The notes beneath the pieces were generated by a model. That model saw only the letters and a list, made by a program, of their open reading frames with translations, did not search any database and had not been told where the DNA came from. Position numbers and translations under genes: made by a program. A stretch of DNA of 49,607 nt, taken from assembly GCF_001194135.2 (NCBI RefSeq), contig NC_068986.1, forward strand, positions 64,698,712-64,748,318, written 5' to 3'. The stretch is from Octopus bimaculoides. Lineage: Eukaryota. Positions 11,690 through 22,393 of the stretch are shown piece after piece (the first letter of the stretch is position 1; each line of letters opens with the position of its first letter).

Positions 11690-12200
11690 CGGTTCTGGCA
11701 TCAGTGCTTTCCTGACTGCTAGTTCTTAAAAGCATGCCCATCACTACCTAGTGGTTTCTCTCCTTGTTGGCAGCTCGGAACAGGATCTAAACACCAGCCA
11801 GCTCTACAGACTGATTGTGTATTTCAGTGCGCACCGACATCTTGATTGAACATAACACCATTTCCCGAATCTTTTTGCATCGCCATCGCTGCTGTCACTT
11901 GTACGACCGATGTCGCTGTCGATGTCACCGTCGATGTTATTTTCGATGTCATCGACGTCCCGATCGTCGTTGTCGCTCAGATAGATGGTGGTGTCATCGG
12001 CCTGGCTGTTTGCGCGTGCAGCCGCTGTTATGGGTCAACCTGACAGATTAAACCTGTGTAACGACATCTATCGTCTCACTTCCGGATGTCTGATCATCTT
12101 TGTGACAACAGCCGACTAGTATTCGCAGGCCAGATATACATTAACTACGGAAGTGTACAATGCATAATGGGCCAATGTATGGCGGGTTCCAGCGAGATGT
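11690..12200. promoter_or_regulatory. CpG-rich candidate promoter / first-exon region
   Basis: Locally high CpG and GC content; ETS sites CACTTCCGG (12077-12085) and CGGAAGTG (12148-12155); TGCATAATGGG (12161-12171); CCAAT (12172-12176); ATGGCGG (12179-12185). Confidence 0.4.
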
Positions 12201-12489
12201 AGGTTCAAATTCTAGTGTTTCTTCAGTTTTAGTTATTTCTTTTGCATTTGCTGTGATAAATGAAGAAGTTGATTGTGGTTACCCTACAGGTTTGTCTCTC
12301 TGGACGAAGAATAAGAGACAAATCTCAATAATTTCAAATTTTATATACTTTTCACAAGGTAAATATTTCTAAACTCAGCACAAACACACACATACATACA
12401 CACACACGCACTCGTACGCATGTACAAGCACACATACACACTGATATACGTATTCTTGCATATATGTAATATACATGGGCATATGCATG

Positions 12490-12526
<37 letters not shown>

Positions 12527-12529
<3 letters not shown>

Positions 12530-12751
12530 CTCTTTTACTCTTTTACTTGTTTCAGTCATTTGACTGCGGCTATGCTGGAGCACCGCCTTTAGTCGAGCAA
12601 ATCGACCCCAGGACTTATTCTTTGGAAGCCTAGTACTTATTCTATCGGTCTCTTTTGCCGAACCGCTAAGTTACAGGGACGTAAACACACCAGCATCGGT
12701 TGTCAAGCGATGTTGGAGAGGAGACAAAGACAGACACACAAACACGCACAT

Positions 12752-12782
<31 letters not shown>

Positions 12783-12921
12783 CATATATACGACGGGCTT
12801 CTTTCAGTTTCCGTCTACCAAATCCACTCACAAGGCTTGCCCAAGGTGCCACGCAGTGGGACTGAACCCCGTACCATGTGGTTGGTAAGCAATCTACTTT
12901 CCACACAGCCACTCCTGCGCC
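12527..12921 (-). mobile_element. tRNA-derived SINE (family A) with internal (CA)/(TA) microsatellite
   Basis: Reverse complement of the 731-1062 family: head GGCGCAGGAGTGGCTGTGTGG, B-box GGTTCAGTCCC, tail (GAGTAAAA)n. Confidence 0.9.
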
Positions 12922-13677
12922 TATATATNNNNNNNNNNNNNNNNNNNNNNNNNNNNNNNNNNNNNNNNNNNNNNNNNNNNNNNNNNNNNNNNNNNNNNNN
13001 NNNNNNNNNNNNNNNNNNNNNNNNNNNNNNNNNNNNNNNNNNNNNNNNNNNNNNNNNNNNNNNNNNNNNNNNNNNNNNNNNNNNNNNNNNNNNNNNNNNN
13101 NNNNNNNNNNNNNNNNNNNNNNNNNNNNNNNNNNNNNNNNNNNNNNNNNNNNNNNNNNNNNNNNNNNNNNNNNNNNNNNNNNNNNNNNNNNNNNNNNNNN
13201 NNNNNNNNNNNNNNNNNNNNNNNNNNNNNNNNNNNNNNNNNNNNNNNNNNNNNNNNNNNNNNNNNNNNNNNNNNNNNNNNNNNNNNNNNNNNNNNNNNNN
13301 NNATATGCATACAGAAGGGTTAAGCAGAGTGCTTTGGGATGTTTGAAATGTGACCTACAGTTTTTGAATGAACAAATTAACATTACTGTAAGAAGCAATA
13401 ACAGCACAGGTTTTTATTTTTCCAAACGGCAGAGGATTCAGTGTGAATAGATACTAGCTTGACAGAAACCCTTCTTTGCTTTACATCATTTCGCGGTCGA
13501 TAAATAAAATATCGCGATTAAGCACTGGATCGAGTCACCTATTCTCGTTCTCTCTTTCCATGTTCGAAATCGGCTACTTAGCGGCGTGGCGAGAAGATAC
13601 AAGACAGTTTGCTGCATCGCTTATTGCAGAAATGGAGAAGCGTTAATTGAGCGACTAAATATCTAGTTTTACAGAAG

Positions 13678-13678
13678 C

Positions 13679-13737
<59 letters not shown>

Positions 13738-13760
13738 TAATAATAATAATAATAATATAT
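13678..13760 (+). repeat. (AAT)n microsatellite
   Basis: Directly visible. Confidence 0.95.
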
Positions 13761-14362
13761 AAATGAATAAATAAAAAAGAGAAGTAAATAAATAAATAAA
13801 TGCAAAATACAAAAAAACCTGACATGCTACTGGAACCGCCCAAGTACGGCTTGGGGTGCAATACAGCACAGAACGGAAATAAAATAAAAATGTATACATG
13901 TATGTATGTATATATATATACATATGTATGTATATATGTATGTATGTGTGTATGTACGTATGCATATATATATATTAATGTACGTATGCATGTATATATT
14001 AATGTATCATGCGTGCATGTTTTTACATACATACATATATGTGTGTGTGTATGTCTGAGTGTCTGTGTGTGTGTATAGACATACACACACGCGCACACAC
14101 ATATGTTAGCTTCTTGTTGAAGACAAAAATAACTCCAAGTCTTGATACAGAACTCATCACGTAGAAGATGGTAGTAATTACATTGTTAATGTAAATTTCA
14201 TAGCACTAGTTAATGTACATTTGATAGAAATTACACTTCTGTTTCGCCCTTCACAAGCTTATTGTGGTAAATGATGAGATTGTCAAGGGCGAAGGCGAAA
14301 CAGAACTGAACTGTTACAATCAAATTTGTGTTAACTATATATATATATATATATATATATGT

Positions 14363-14609
14363 ATTACGGAGATGTACTTGCATAGCAAGTGACCTGATCT
14401 GAGATCGTGTGCTGAAACAAAAGAAATTGCAGCGTGGAAGGTGTTTATAAGCCATTTAAAAACGCACAAAAAACGTTAGATTCACTTCAACATTTAAATT
14501 TAATTTCCCAAAATATTTTCGTCGCTTCGAGACCACGACCTGATCACTGACAAAATTCCGTTCTGCACGGAATTTTGTCATTGATCCGGTCGCGGTCTCA
14601 AAACGACGA
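14363..14609. mobile_element. Palindromic (foldback) element; the right arm runs into the gap at 14610
   Basis: 43-bp inverted repeat 14519-14561 / 14567-14609 with 5 mismatches and a 5-nt loop. The left boundary is inferred from the end of the preceding (TA)n tract. Confidence 0.65.
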
Positions 14610-15380
14610 NNNNNNNNNNNNNNNNNNNNNNNNNNNNNNNNNNNNNNNNNNNNNNNNNNNNNNNNNNNNNNNNNNNNNNNNNNNNNNNNNNNNNNNNNNN
14701 NNNNNNNNNNNNNNNNNNNNNNNNNNNNNNNNNNNNNNNNNNNNNNNNNNNNNNNNNNNNNNNNNNNNNNNNNNNNNNNNNNNNNNNNNNNNNNNNNNNN
14801 NNNNNNNNNNNNNNNNNNNNNNNNNNNNNNNNNNNNNNNNNNNNNNNNNNNNNNNNNNNNNNNNNNNNNNNNNNNNNNNNNNNNNNNNNNNNNNNNNNNN
14901 NNNNNNNNNNNNNNNNNNNNNNNNNNNNNNNNNNNNNNNNNNNNNNNNNNNNNNNNNNNNNNNNNNNNNNNNNNNNNNNNNNNNNNNNNNNNNNNNNNNN
15001 NNNNNNNNNNNNNNNNNNNNNNNNNNNNNNNNNNNNNNNNNNNNNNNNNNNNNNNNNNNNNNNNNNNNNNNNNNNNNNNNNNNNNNNNNNNNNNNNNNNN
15101 NNNNNNNNNNNNNNNNNNNNNNNNNNNNNNNNNNNNNNNNNNNNNNNNNNNNNNNNNNNNNNNNNNNNNNNNNNNNNNNNNNNNNNNNNNNNNNNNNNNN
15201 NNNNNNNNNNNNNNNNNNNNNNNNNNNNNNNNNNNNNNNNNNNNNNNNNNNNNNNNNNNNNNNNNNNNNNNNNNNNNNNNNNNNNNNNNNNNNNNNNNNN
15301 NNNNNNNNNNNNNNNNNNNNNNNNNNNNNNNNNNNNNNNNNNNNNNNNNNNNNNTATATATATGCGGCCTATACCTTTGT

Positions 15381-15869
15381 GTGCTTGTAGAATGCTCTCC
15401 GGGCTTTGGATATTCTGTTATTTATATTCTTCGTTTGCCTTCTTTCTTTCTTGACTGTTGAGGTAAACGAATTCTTCGGTGCCTTCATCCACTTTGTCAC
15501 TGATTCTCATACGAACTTGTAGCCTGAGTTTAAGACCAATTCTGTAAGCGCTCTCTGCCATTCTGTGTGTCTTGCTCTAGATGTGTTCGTAAATGAGTGT
15601 TAGCAACACTACCTCGTCTGGAAAGTCGAGATCTTCGAGCGTGCTCGCAAGGTTCCATCTAATGCCATTCCTATGGCTTTCTGCTGGTCTTCGTATGACC
15701 CAGTCGATCGCCATGAGAAACAGGAAGCCTTACATAACACGTCCCTGCATGACTCAAGTTGTAATCTTAAACCACCTTGTCTTGTCCTCGTTGTCCATTA
15801 CGGTGCATTCGCTGTCGTACATAACCTGCACTATCCTCATAAGCTTGTCAGGAATGCCATACAATAAGC
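15381..15869 (-). mobile_element. RTE LINE RT segment, inverted relative to the adjacent 3' segment
   Basis: The minus strand translates YGIPDKLMRIVQVMY..FLFLMAIDWVIRR..NGIRWNLASTLEDLDFPDE..RISKARRAFYK. Confidence 0.85.
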
Positions 15870-16330
15870 CGCAAAAAGAAAGCTAAAGCTGTTCAAGATA
15901 TTTGTCCAACAAGTATTACTCTTCGGATGCAAAAACTGGAAGTGACAAAAATGGAGCAAAAAACAATGGAAAATTCCAATTCACATACTTAAGAAGAATA
16001 CTCGACATCAAGTGGCTGCAAAGAATCCAAAATGACACAATCGAGACCTCAACTGACATCAACAGGAGAGGTAACGAAATAAGAAGCAGAGACTGGAACT
16101 GGATCGGACAAGTCCTCAGACATGATCGTGAAAGCTATTGCATGGTGACCCTAAAGTTGCAGTCTGAAGGGAAAGCAACAGCTGGGCACTCTTGGACAAC
16201 AAAGGACCATTGACAAAGAAAGGAGACTAGAAGTGTGGTGAGGCTGGAATGAGACCAGAGCAGTGGCAGAAAACAGAGCTGGTTTGAGAGATCGTGTTGC
16301 AGCCTTATTGTCGGAGAGAACTAATTAATG
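15864..16330 (+). mobile_element. RTE LINE 3' segment
   Basis: KLKLFKIFVQQVLLFGC..LRRILDIKW..WNWIGQVLRHDRESYCMVTLKLQSEGK, the RTE C-terminus, followed by a short TAA-like tail. Confidence 0.85.
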
Positions 16331-16339
16331 AATATGGGG

Positions 16340-16478
16340 AGAAACTGGTATGGTCTAATTCCAGCTTCTCCGCCCTTTTGTCTCCTCTCCTTGTCAACGG
16401 TCCTTCGCCATATGGCTTTAGGACGCCCAGCTTCTTTTCCCCCTCAGGTTTCCATTTTAGTGCCACCATACAATCACT
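16340..16478 (-). mobile_element. Second RTE near-3' fragment
   Basis: The minus strand translates DCMVALKWKPEGEKKLGRPKAIWRRTVDKERRQ; a diverged homolog of 16135-16260. Confidence 0.7.
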
Positions 16479-16578
<100 letters not shown>

Positions 16579-16920
16579 NNNNNNNNNNNNNNNNNNNNNN
16601 NNNNNNNNNNNNNNNNNNNNNNNNNNNNNNNNNNNNNNNNNNNNNNNNNNNNNNNNNNNNNNNNNNNNNNNNNNNNNNNNNNNNNNNNNNNNNNNNNNNN
16701 NNNNNNNNNNNNNNNNTATATATATATATATATATATATGCCACATACATGTACCACGAGAACTTGTGATAAATATGCCTTACTTCCTCTATGTGATATA
16801 TTTGAACCTCATCCTTCTCGTAAAGTCTACCTGTGACTACCTGTTGTACCGTTTTTCACTCTTAATAAGCAAATAGTGATCTAAGATTGCACCGCTTAGG
16901 TTTATGTTCGACTTTATTCA

Positions 16921-16953
<33 letters not shown>

Positions 16954-17856
16954 TGTATGTTTGTATATGTGTATGTATGCGTATACATATATGTGTGTGC
17001 GCGCGCGCGTATGTGAATGTGTGCAAGTAGGAATAACATTACTGTATCTATTCGGGTACTGAACCAAAGCTCTAGCAGGAACGATAGAGAAGTTTATACA
17101 AGGTCGCTTATACTCGCCAGAAAGCCTCTAAATGTTGCCCCCTACAAGGAGAGATATATTGAATGATGCAATTACGGATATGCATAAAATGTCGGTCAGT
17201 TACATCTGAAATGGGTTGGCTTAATTAACGTTCACCAAAGTCTAAACAATAACAACAACAACGCTAGCACTGCCTCCCCCTTCTCTTCTGCATCAACGCC
17301 GCCGCGGCTCCCACCGCCACTGCAACCGACACCGCTGCGACCACCACCGTCGACACCGCTTACAGCAACAACGATGGCGACAATAATGTCTATTACTGAA
17401 TAATGGTAACAACTCATGATTCATAGCGTTTCCTTATGAATCACTATTTGTTATTTAATCAAGTTTAGTTTCCAGTTTGGTAGTTTCACATTGAATATAG
17501 GGATGAGTTGTGTTAATTTGCTAGATTGTCTTCTCTTTAGAGCGTGGTGTTGACTTAACTGGATGAATAAAGACAGCAACTATGCATTCTGACACATTTT
17601 CATGAGTGTGTGTTTATTTTCCTCGACACACACATACACGAGCACGCTCACGCACGTACACACGCAAACACACATGCATATGTGAGAGACACAGGCTTAG
17701 GTATATGTCTAGTATCAACGCAACTTGGCAGCGTTGGAAGGGAATTGTTATTGCAAGGTATAGAAATGGTTGCGATATCATCTACTCGATAATTAAAGAA
17801 GTGCTCAGAAGCAGGCATCATGTGTGTGCGTGTGTGTGTGTGTGTCAGTATGTGTG

Positions 17857-17907
<51 letters not shown>

Positions 17908-18300
17908 NNNNNNNNNNNNNNNNNNNNNNNNNNNNNNNNNNNNNNNNNNNNNNNNNNNNNNNNNNNNNNNNNNNNNNNNNNNNNNNNNNNNNNNNNNNNN
18001 NNNNNNNNNNNNNNNNNNNNNNNNNNNNNNNNNNNNNNNNNNNNNNNNNNNNNNNNNNNNNNNNNNNNNNNNNNNNNNNNNNNNNNNNNNNNNNNNNNNN
18101 NNNNNNNNNNNNNNNNNNNNNNNNNNNNNNNNNNNNNNNNNNNNNNNNNNNNNNNNNNNNNNNNNNNNNNNNNNNNNNNNNNNNNNNNNNNNNNNNNNNN
18201 NNNNNNNNNNNNNNNNNNNNNNNNNNNNNNNNNNNNNNNNNNNNNNNNNNNNNNNNNNNNNNNNNNNNNNNNNNNNNNNNNNNNNNNNNNNNNNNNNNNN

Positions 18301-18339
<39 letters not shown>

Positions 18340-18350
18340 ATATGTATATG

Positions 18351-18782
18351 GGTTTTCTCTAAGAGACGTCGGTACTGCAATTTTAATCTCAAGAAGACAT
18401 CTTCTTCAGTTGGTTTATTCAGTGCGCTTTTCGAACTCGGTATTTATCAATAGCGGGTGATAACTCCTGCCATCCTAGCTTTGAGACCACCAGACTTCGT
18501 GTTTTCAGTCTTTTTTTATCTCTTCGGTGATGGGCACTCGTTTGTCGAGCATGGCAGTAGTTTAACCTCGCTTGCAATATATAGAAAATATAGTGTCATA
18601 ACTCACTAATTTTTGTAACTAGGAGGCTATTCCGTTAAGAAATCTCAGTTCGAGATAGAAGCAGTATACGTACCGAAAGGTAGGTTTTATCCCCACTTTA
18701 AAGGAGGTGTTCTCTAAGAGACGACGATACTGCAATTTTAACCTCAGGAAGACATCTCCATCTGGTTTATTCAATGCGCTTT
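18351..18782. repeat. ~430-bp unit bounded by ~80-bp direct repeats (18351-18430 and 18706-18782; period 355 bp)
   Basis: Both copies share TTCTCTAAGAGACG.CG.TACTGCAATTTTAA.CTCA.GAAGACATCT....GGTTTATTCA.TGCGCTTT. Confidence 0.85.
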
Positions 18783-18816
18783 ACACACACACACACACAC
18801 AGTTCTAAAAGATGTA

Positions 18817-19913
18817 TACACAGTGTGAGATGGTAAAATCGAAAGTCAGTTTTTAAAATGCATTTCATTTTCGAACTTTAATAGAATCTACAGATAGAAC
18901 TTAATTTTTTCTATGCACGCCAGTTTTCAAACCGATGACCATTCTATACCACTGCTGATGTGAAGCAAGAGAATCGCAAACACAAACAACAATTTTGTTC
19001 GGTATTTGTGCAAATTATCGTTCAATGGCTGCCCTCAATTCTTGGTTTTGCAACGTAAAATTTAATTTTTACATATCCCCATAAACCTTCCCAACGTAGG
19101 CTCTTACATTACTATGCCAGTCTGGAAGGTCCCCATCATGCTAAAAATAAACTCCACATCGTCAAAATCCTCTTGACAGATTGTGGAAGCAAGCTCAAAT
19201 AAATGGGACCTCTTATAATGCCGTCAAAGAAGAATGGTCCACTTAACCTTTTTTGATTATAAGCTGCACTAAATTGTAACACCTGGTAAAGGAACACGAT
19301 GTCCCTCTGTAATAAGTAGTTTCCCAGGTCCCCAGTAGGTACAATTGTGGTCGCAATTTGAGCCACTTAATTCAAATGTAGCCTCGTCACTCCAAATAAT
19401 CTTCTTGGAAAGAATACACCTTCTGCACATATTGCAAACACCACTCACAAAACACCATCTTTCGGCCCAAATCAACTTAACTGAGAGCATGAACTATTCT
19501 TGGAGTGTAACTTTTCCAATGACGATGCTTAAAATGCGATGGATGCTTGATTCTGAAATTTCTATTTCCCGACACGTTCCTGCACAGATTTTCTTAAACT
19601 CTAGTAACTTTTCTAGTTTTGTGTAGCTCGTCGATGCCTACGGTCTTCTTGAACGTTCCTTGAGGGCATTCCAAATAGTTGCATCTGCTTCAAACTTATC
19701 TCTAATTTGAGTGATGGTAAGTTGCGTAGGTTGATCTTTTTGAAACTTCCCTGTAAACTGTCTTTGCACTTCAACTATGTTTTCAAACTTCCAGTAGCAC
19801 ATTTGCTCAAAGGTTGGTCTGGCTCACGTCATTAGTTATAGTGAGTTAAATCTGAAAATAAATGAAAATTAGTCATCTGCTCTTCAAGTATGTATGCATA
19901 ATTTTAGGCACCC

Positions 19914-19915
<2 letters not shown>
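18817..19915 (-). mobile_element. Decayed Tc1/mariner transposon (rosa/maT-like with DUF4817-type N-terminus; subfamily uncertain)
   Basis: Minus-strand fragments KFENIVEVQRQF..TITQIRDKFE, IIWSDEATFELSG..HNCTYW, GPFFFDG, HDG. The right end is CACCCTG; the left TIR is degenerate (CACAGTGTG). Confidence 0.8.
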
Positions 19916-19947
<32 letters not shown>

Positions 19948-19981
19948 CACGCGCGAATGTGTGTATGTGTGTATACATACA

Positions 19982-20201
19982 TGCGAGGGGGCGCTGAAAA
20001 GTTTCTGGCCTGAAGAGTGTCGTGAAAGGCCTGGCTGGAGGCCCAACTTTCTGAGTTCTTTTACAGGGCTTAGAAAACTGGAGGACCGCTGCAATAAGTA
20101 TGTGAATCTGAGAGGAGAATATGTTGAAGAAGATCATAATTAACTGACCTTCCAGGATTTTCTTTTACCTAAAGCCAGGAACTTTTCAGCACCCTCTCGT
20201 A
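19982..20201 (+). mobile_element. Mariner-derived MITE (internal deletion derivative, 220 bp)
   Basis: 28-bp TIRs TGCGAGGGGGCGCTGAAAAGTTTCTGGC / GCCAGGAACTTTTCAGCACCCTCTCGTA (4 mismatches). The interior encodes a mariner C-terminus, GLRKLEDRCNKYVNLRGEYVE. Confidence 0.9.
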
Positions 20202-20281
20202 CATACATACATACAGACAGACAGACATACATATGTGTGTGTATGTATGCACGTACACGCACATATAGGTGTGCACGTACA

Positions 20282-20369
<88 letters not shown>

Positions 20370-21230
20370 CATACATACATATATGTATATATATACATAC
20401 ATATATAATAGTATATATATAATTATCAAAGTCCAGCTAGATATAAAATAAGTCTTAGAAGAGGATCGAAGAACATATACTATTTCCAACAATTAGTTTT
20501 GTCTTAACACATGATGTATATAAGTCCAGAGAATATAAAACAAAGTTAACAATGGAAAATGGTATATTAATTATTTATTTATTTATTTTTATATCTATAA
20601 AATCCATGAAATAAAGACATTAATGAATAAATAAAATATTCAACATATCTTTCAGGTGATTTACCAAGAGCATATCCATTTATAATTATATAATTAAATA
20701 ATTAAATGATTAATCAATATAATCTATTTAGTAAAAACAGCTTCATCGGGGAATCTAAGAGAAAGTTCCTAATTACAACATTTGAAATTGTCATATAGGC
20801 AAATATAAATTACGCAAATCTCTTTTTACCGTTAAGAGCATTTTCGCTTTTAGGAGCGCTAAATAAAATTTGCGTGTAGATAGAATTAACCTCAAACAAA
20901 ACGACTAATTTAAATTATTACGCTTAGCAATAATATACAAACAAAAATATGCATGATGTTATTATGTTCAATAAACAAATTTTTCTTTACTAATTATATT
21001 CATTACTTTAAATGTAGTAGATTAATATAAGTTAACATTTCTAAATTCTATTTTATATAATATATTTGTCGATACAAATATGATCTACACACACACACAC
21101 ACACACGCACACATACATACACCCAAACTCATAGACATACACACACATATACATATACACACATACATACACATACATACATATACGAACACACACACAT
21201 TCATACACACATATACACCCATACATACGC

Positions 21231-21301
<71 letters not shown>

Positions 21302-21391
21302 CAAACACACATACACGCACAGACACATATATCAATATCAAATCATTAACCTCTATCAAATTAGATTCATATATATATATAAATGTATAGT

Positions 21392-21505
21392 CCCAATGCG
21401 TGGCACCTTGGGCAGATGCCTTCTACTATACCTCCAAGCCGTCCAAAAGCTTGTGATTGCATTTGTAAGACGGAAACTGAAAGAATCCTGTCGCATACAT
21501 ATATG
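21392..21505 (+). mobile_element. SINE family A internal fragment
   Basis: TGCGTGGCACCTTGGGCAG..CTTCTACTATA..GACGGAAACTGAAAGAA matches the 731 and 12527 copies. Confidence 0.7.
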
Positions 21506-21699
21506 TGTGTATGTATAAACAAAATACCGGCAAAATTTGGTATATTTTTAATTCTATGTCATAAGTGTTTCATTGCAAATACAAATGTGCCACAAACGCG
21601 TTTGTACAGAGAGAAAAGAGATAACATCTGTTGATGGTACCTAAAAGAATTATATAGTTCTAGCGAGCGCTGTTATGCCGAACCTCGAAGTTCAATCGA

Positions 21700-22250
21700 A
21701 GTGAACAGAATAGCAGTCGAATCTTCCTCACGTCCTATCCTGCCGTTTTAAGTAATGGATACATTGGACAATGTAGTAGTCTTTGATATACACCTAGGCA
21801 GCATGGTCACTGCTGGAATGCTTCTATGATATGACTCCTTGATCAGGGCTTAATAGGGCTAAACTGGGATAAACAATGACGACAACGTATAATTATTTCA
21901 ACCTTCCTATCTCAATATATCTGGAAACTAAAGAACAGAAATTGGCAATAGTCTTCTAAGCTAGAGCATTTTGGAAACTTGAAATCTGTATTCCAACGGA
22001 TCAAAGACAAATGCATTGCATTCAGTTATATTTCGGTCAATGTTATTGCAATTCTTGATTAAAAGTATCCTGGATGTGACTCTCCCAGCTGTTCCTTCAG
22101 ATATAATGTATCTAGTTCTGGATCACATCACTCAATTTCCATCCGCTGTAGGATGGGATTTGAGGGTGATTTGTGGACTACTGTTATTTCAAGTAGATCG
22201 AGCTCCCACGATCAAAACGTTTCTATCATGAACATCAAGTAATACTGAGG
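21700..22250. mobile_element. Two degenerate copies (+ at 21700-21880, - at 21990-22250) of the unassigned interspersed repeat
   Basis: Motif sharing with 6780-6970. Confidence 0.45.
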
Positions 22251-22329
22251 CCCATTTATCCGATCCTTCCTCCCACAAAATATTTGAGACCTTGTGAATT
22301 TGTTAGAGGCAATTATTAATGTTCGAAAC

Positions 22330-22393
<64 letters not shown>
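22330..22393 (+). repeat. (ATT)n microsatellite = (TAA)n tail/target of the adjacent LINE
   Basis: Directly visible; abuts the LINE 3' end. Confidence 0.95.

Noticed and set aside
17250-17420. GC-rich Ala/Thr/Pro-like open frames
   Set aside because: Decayed (CAC/CGC/CAA) trinucleotide repeat.
20005-20035. CTGAAGA..GAAA hammerhead-like string
   Set aside because: It lies at the TIR/interior junction of a mariner MITE, position 17 would be G, and the stems do not form.
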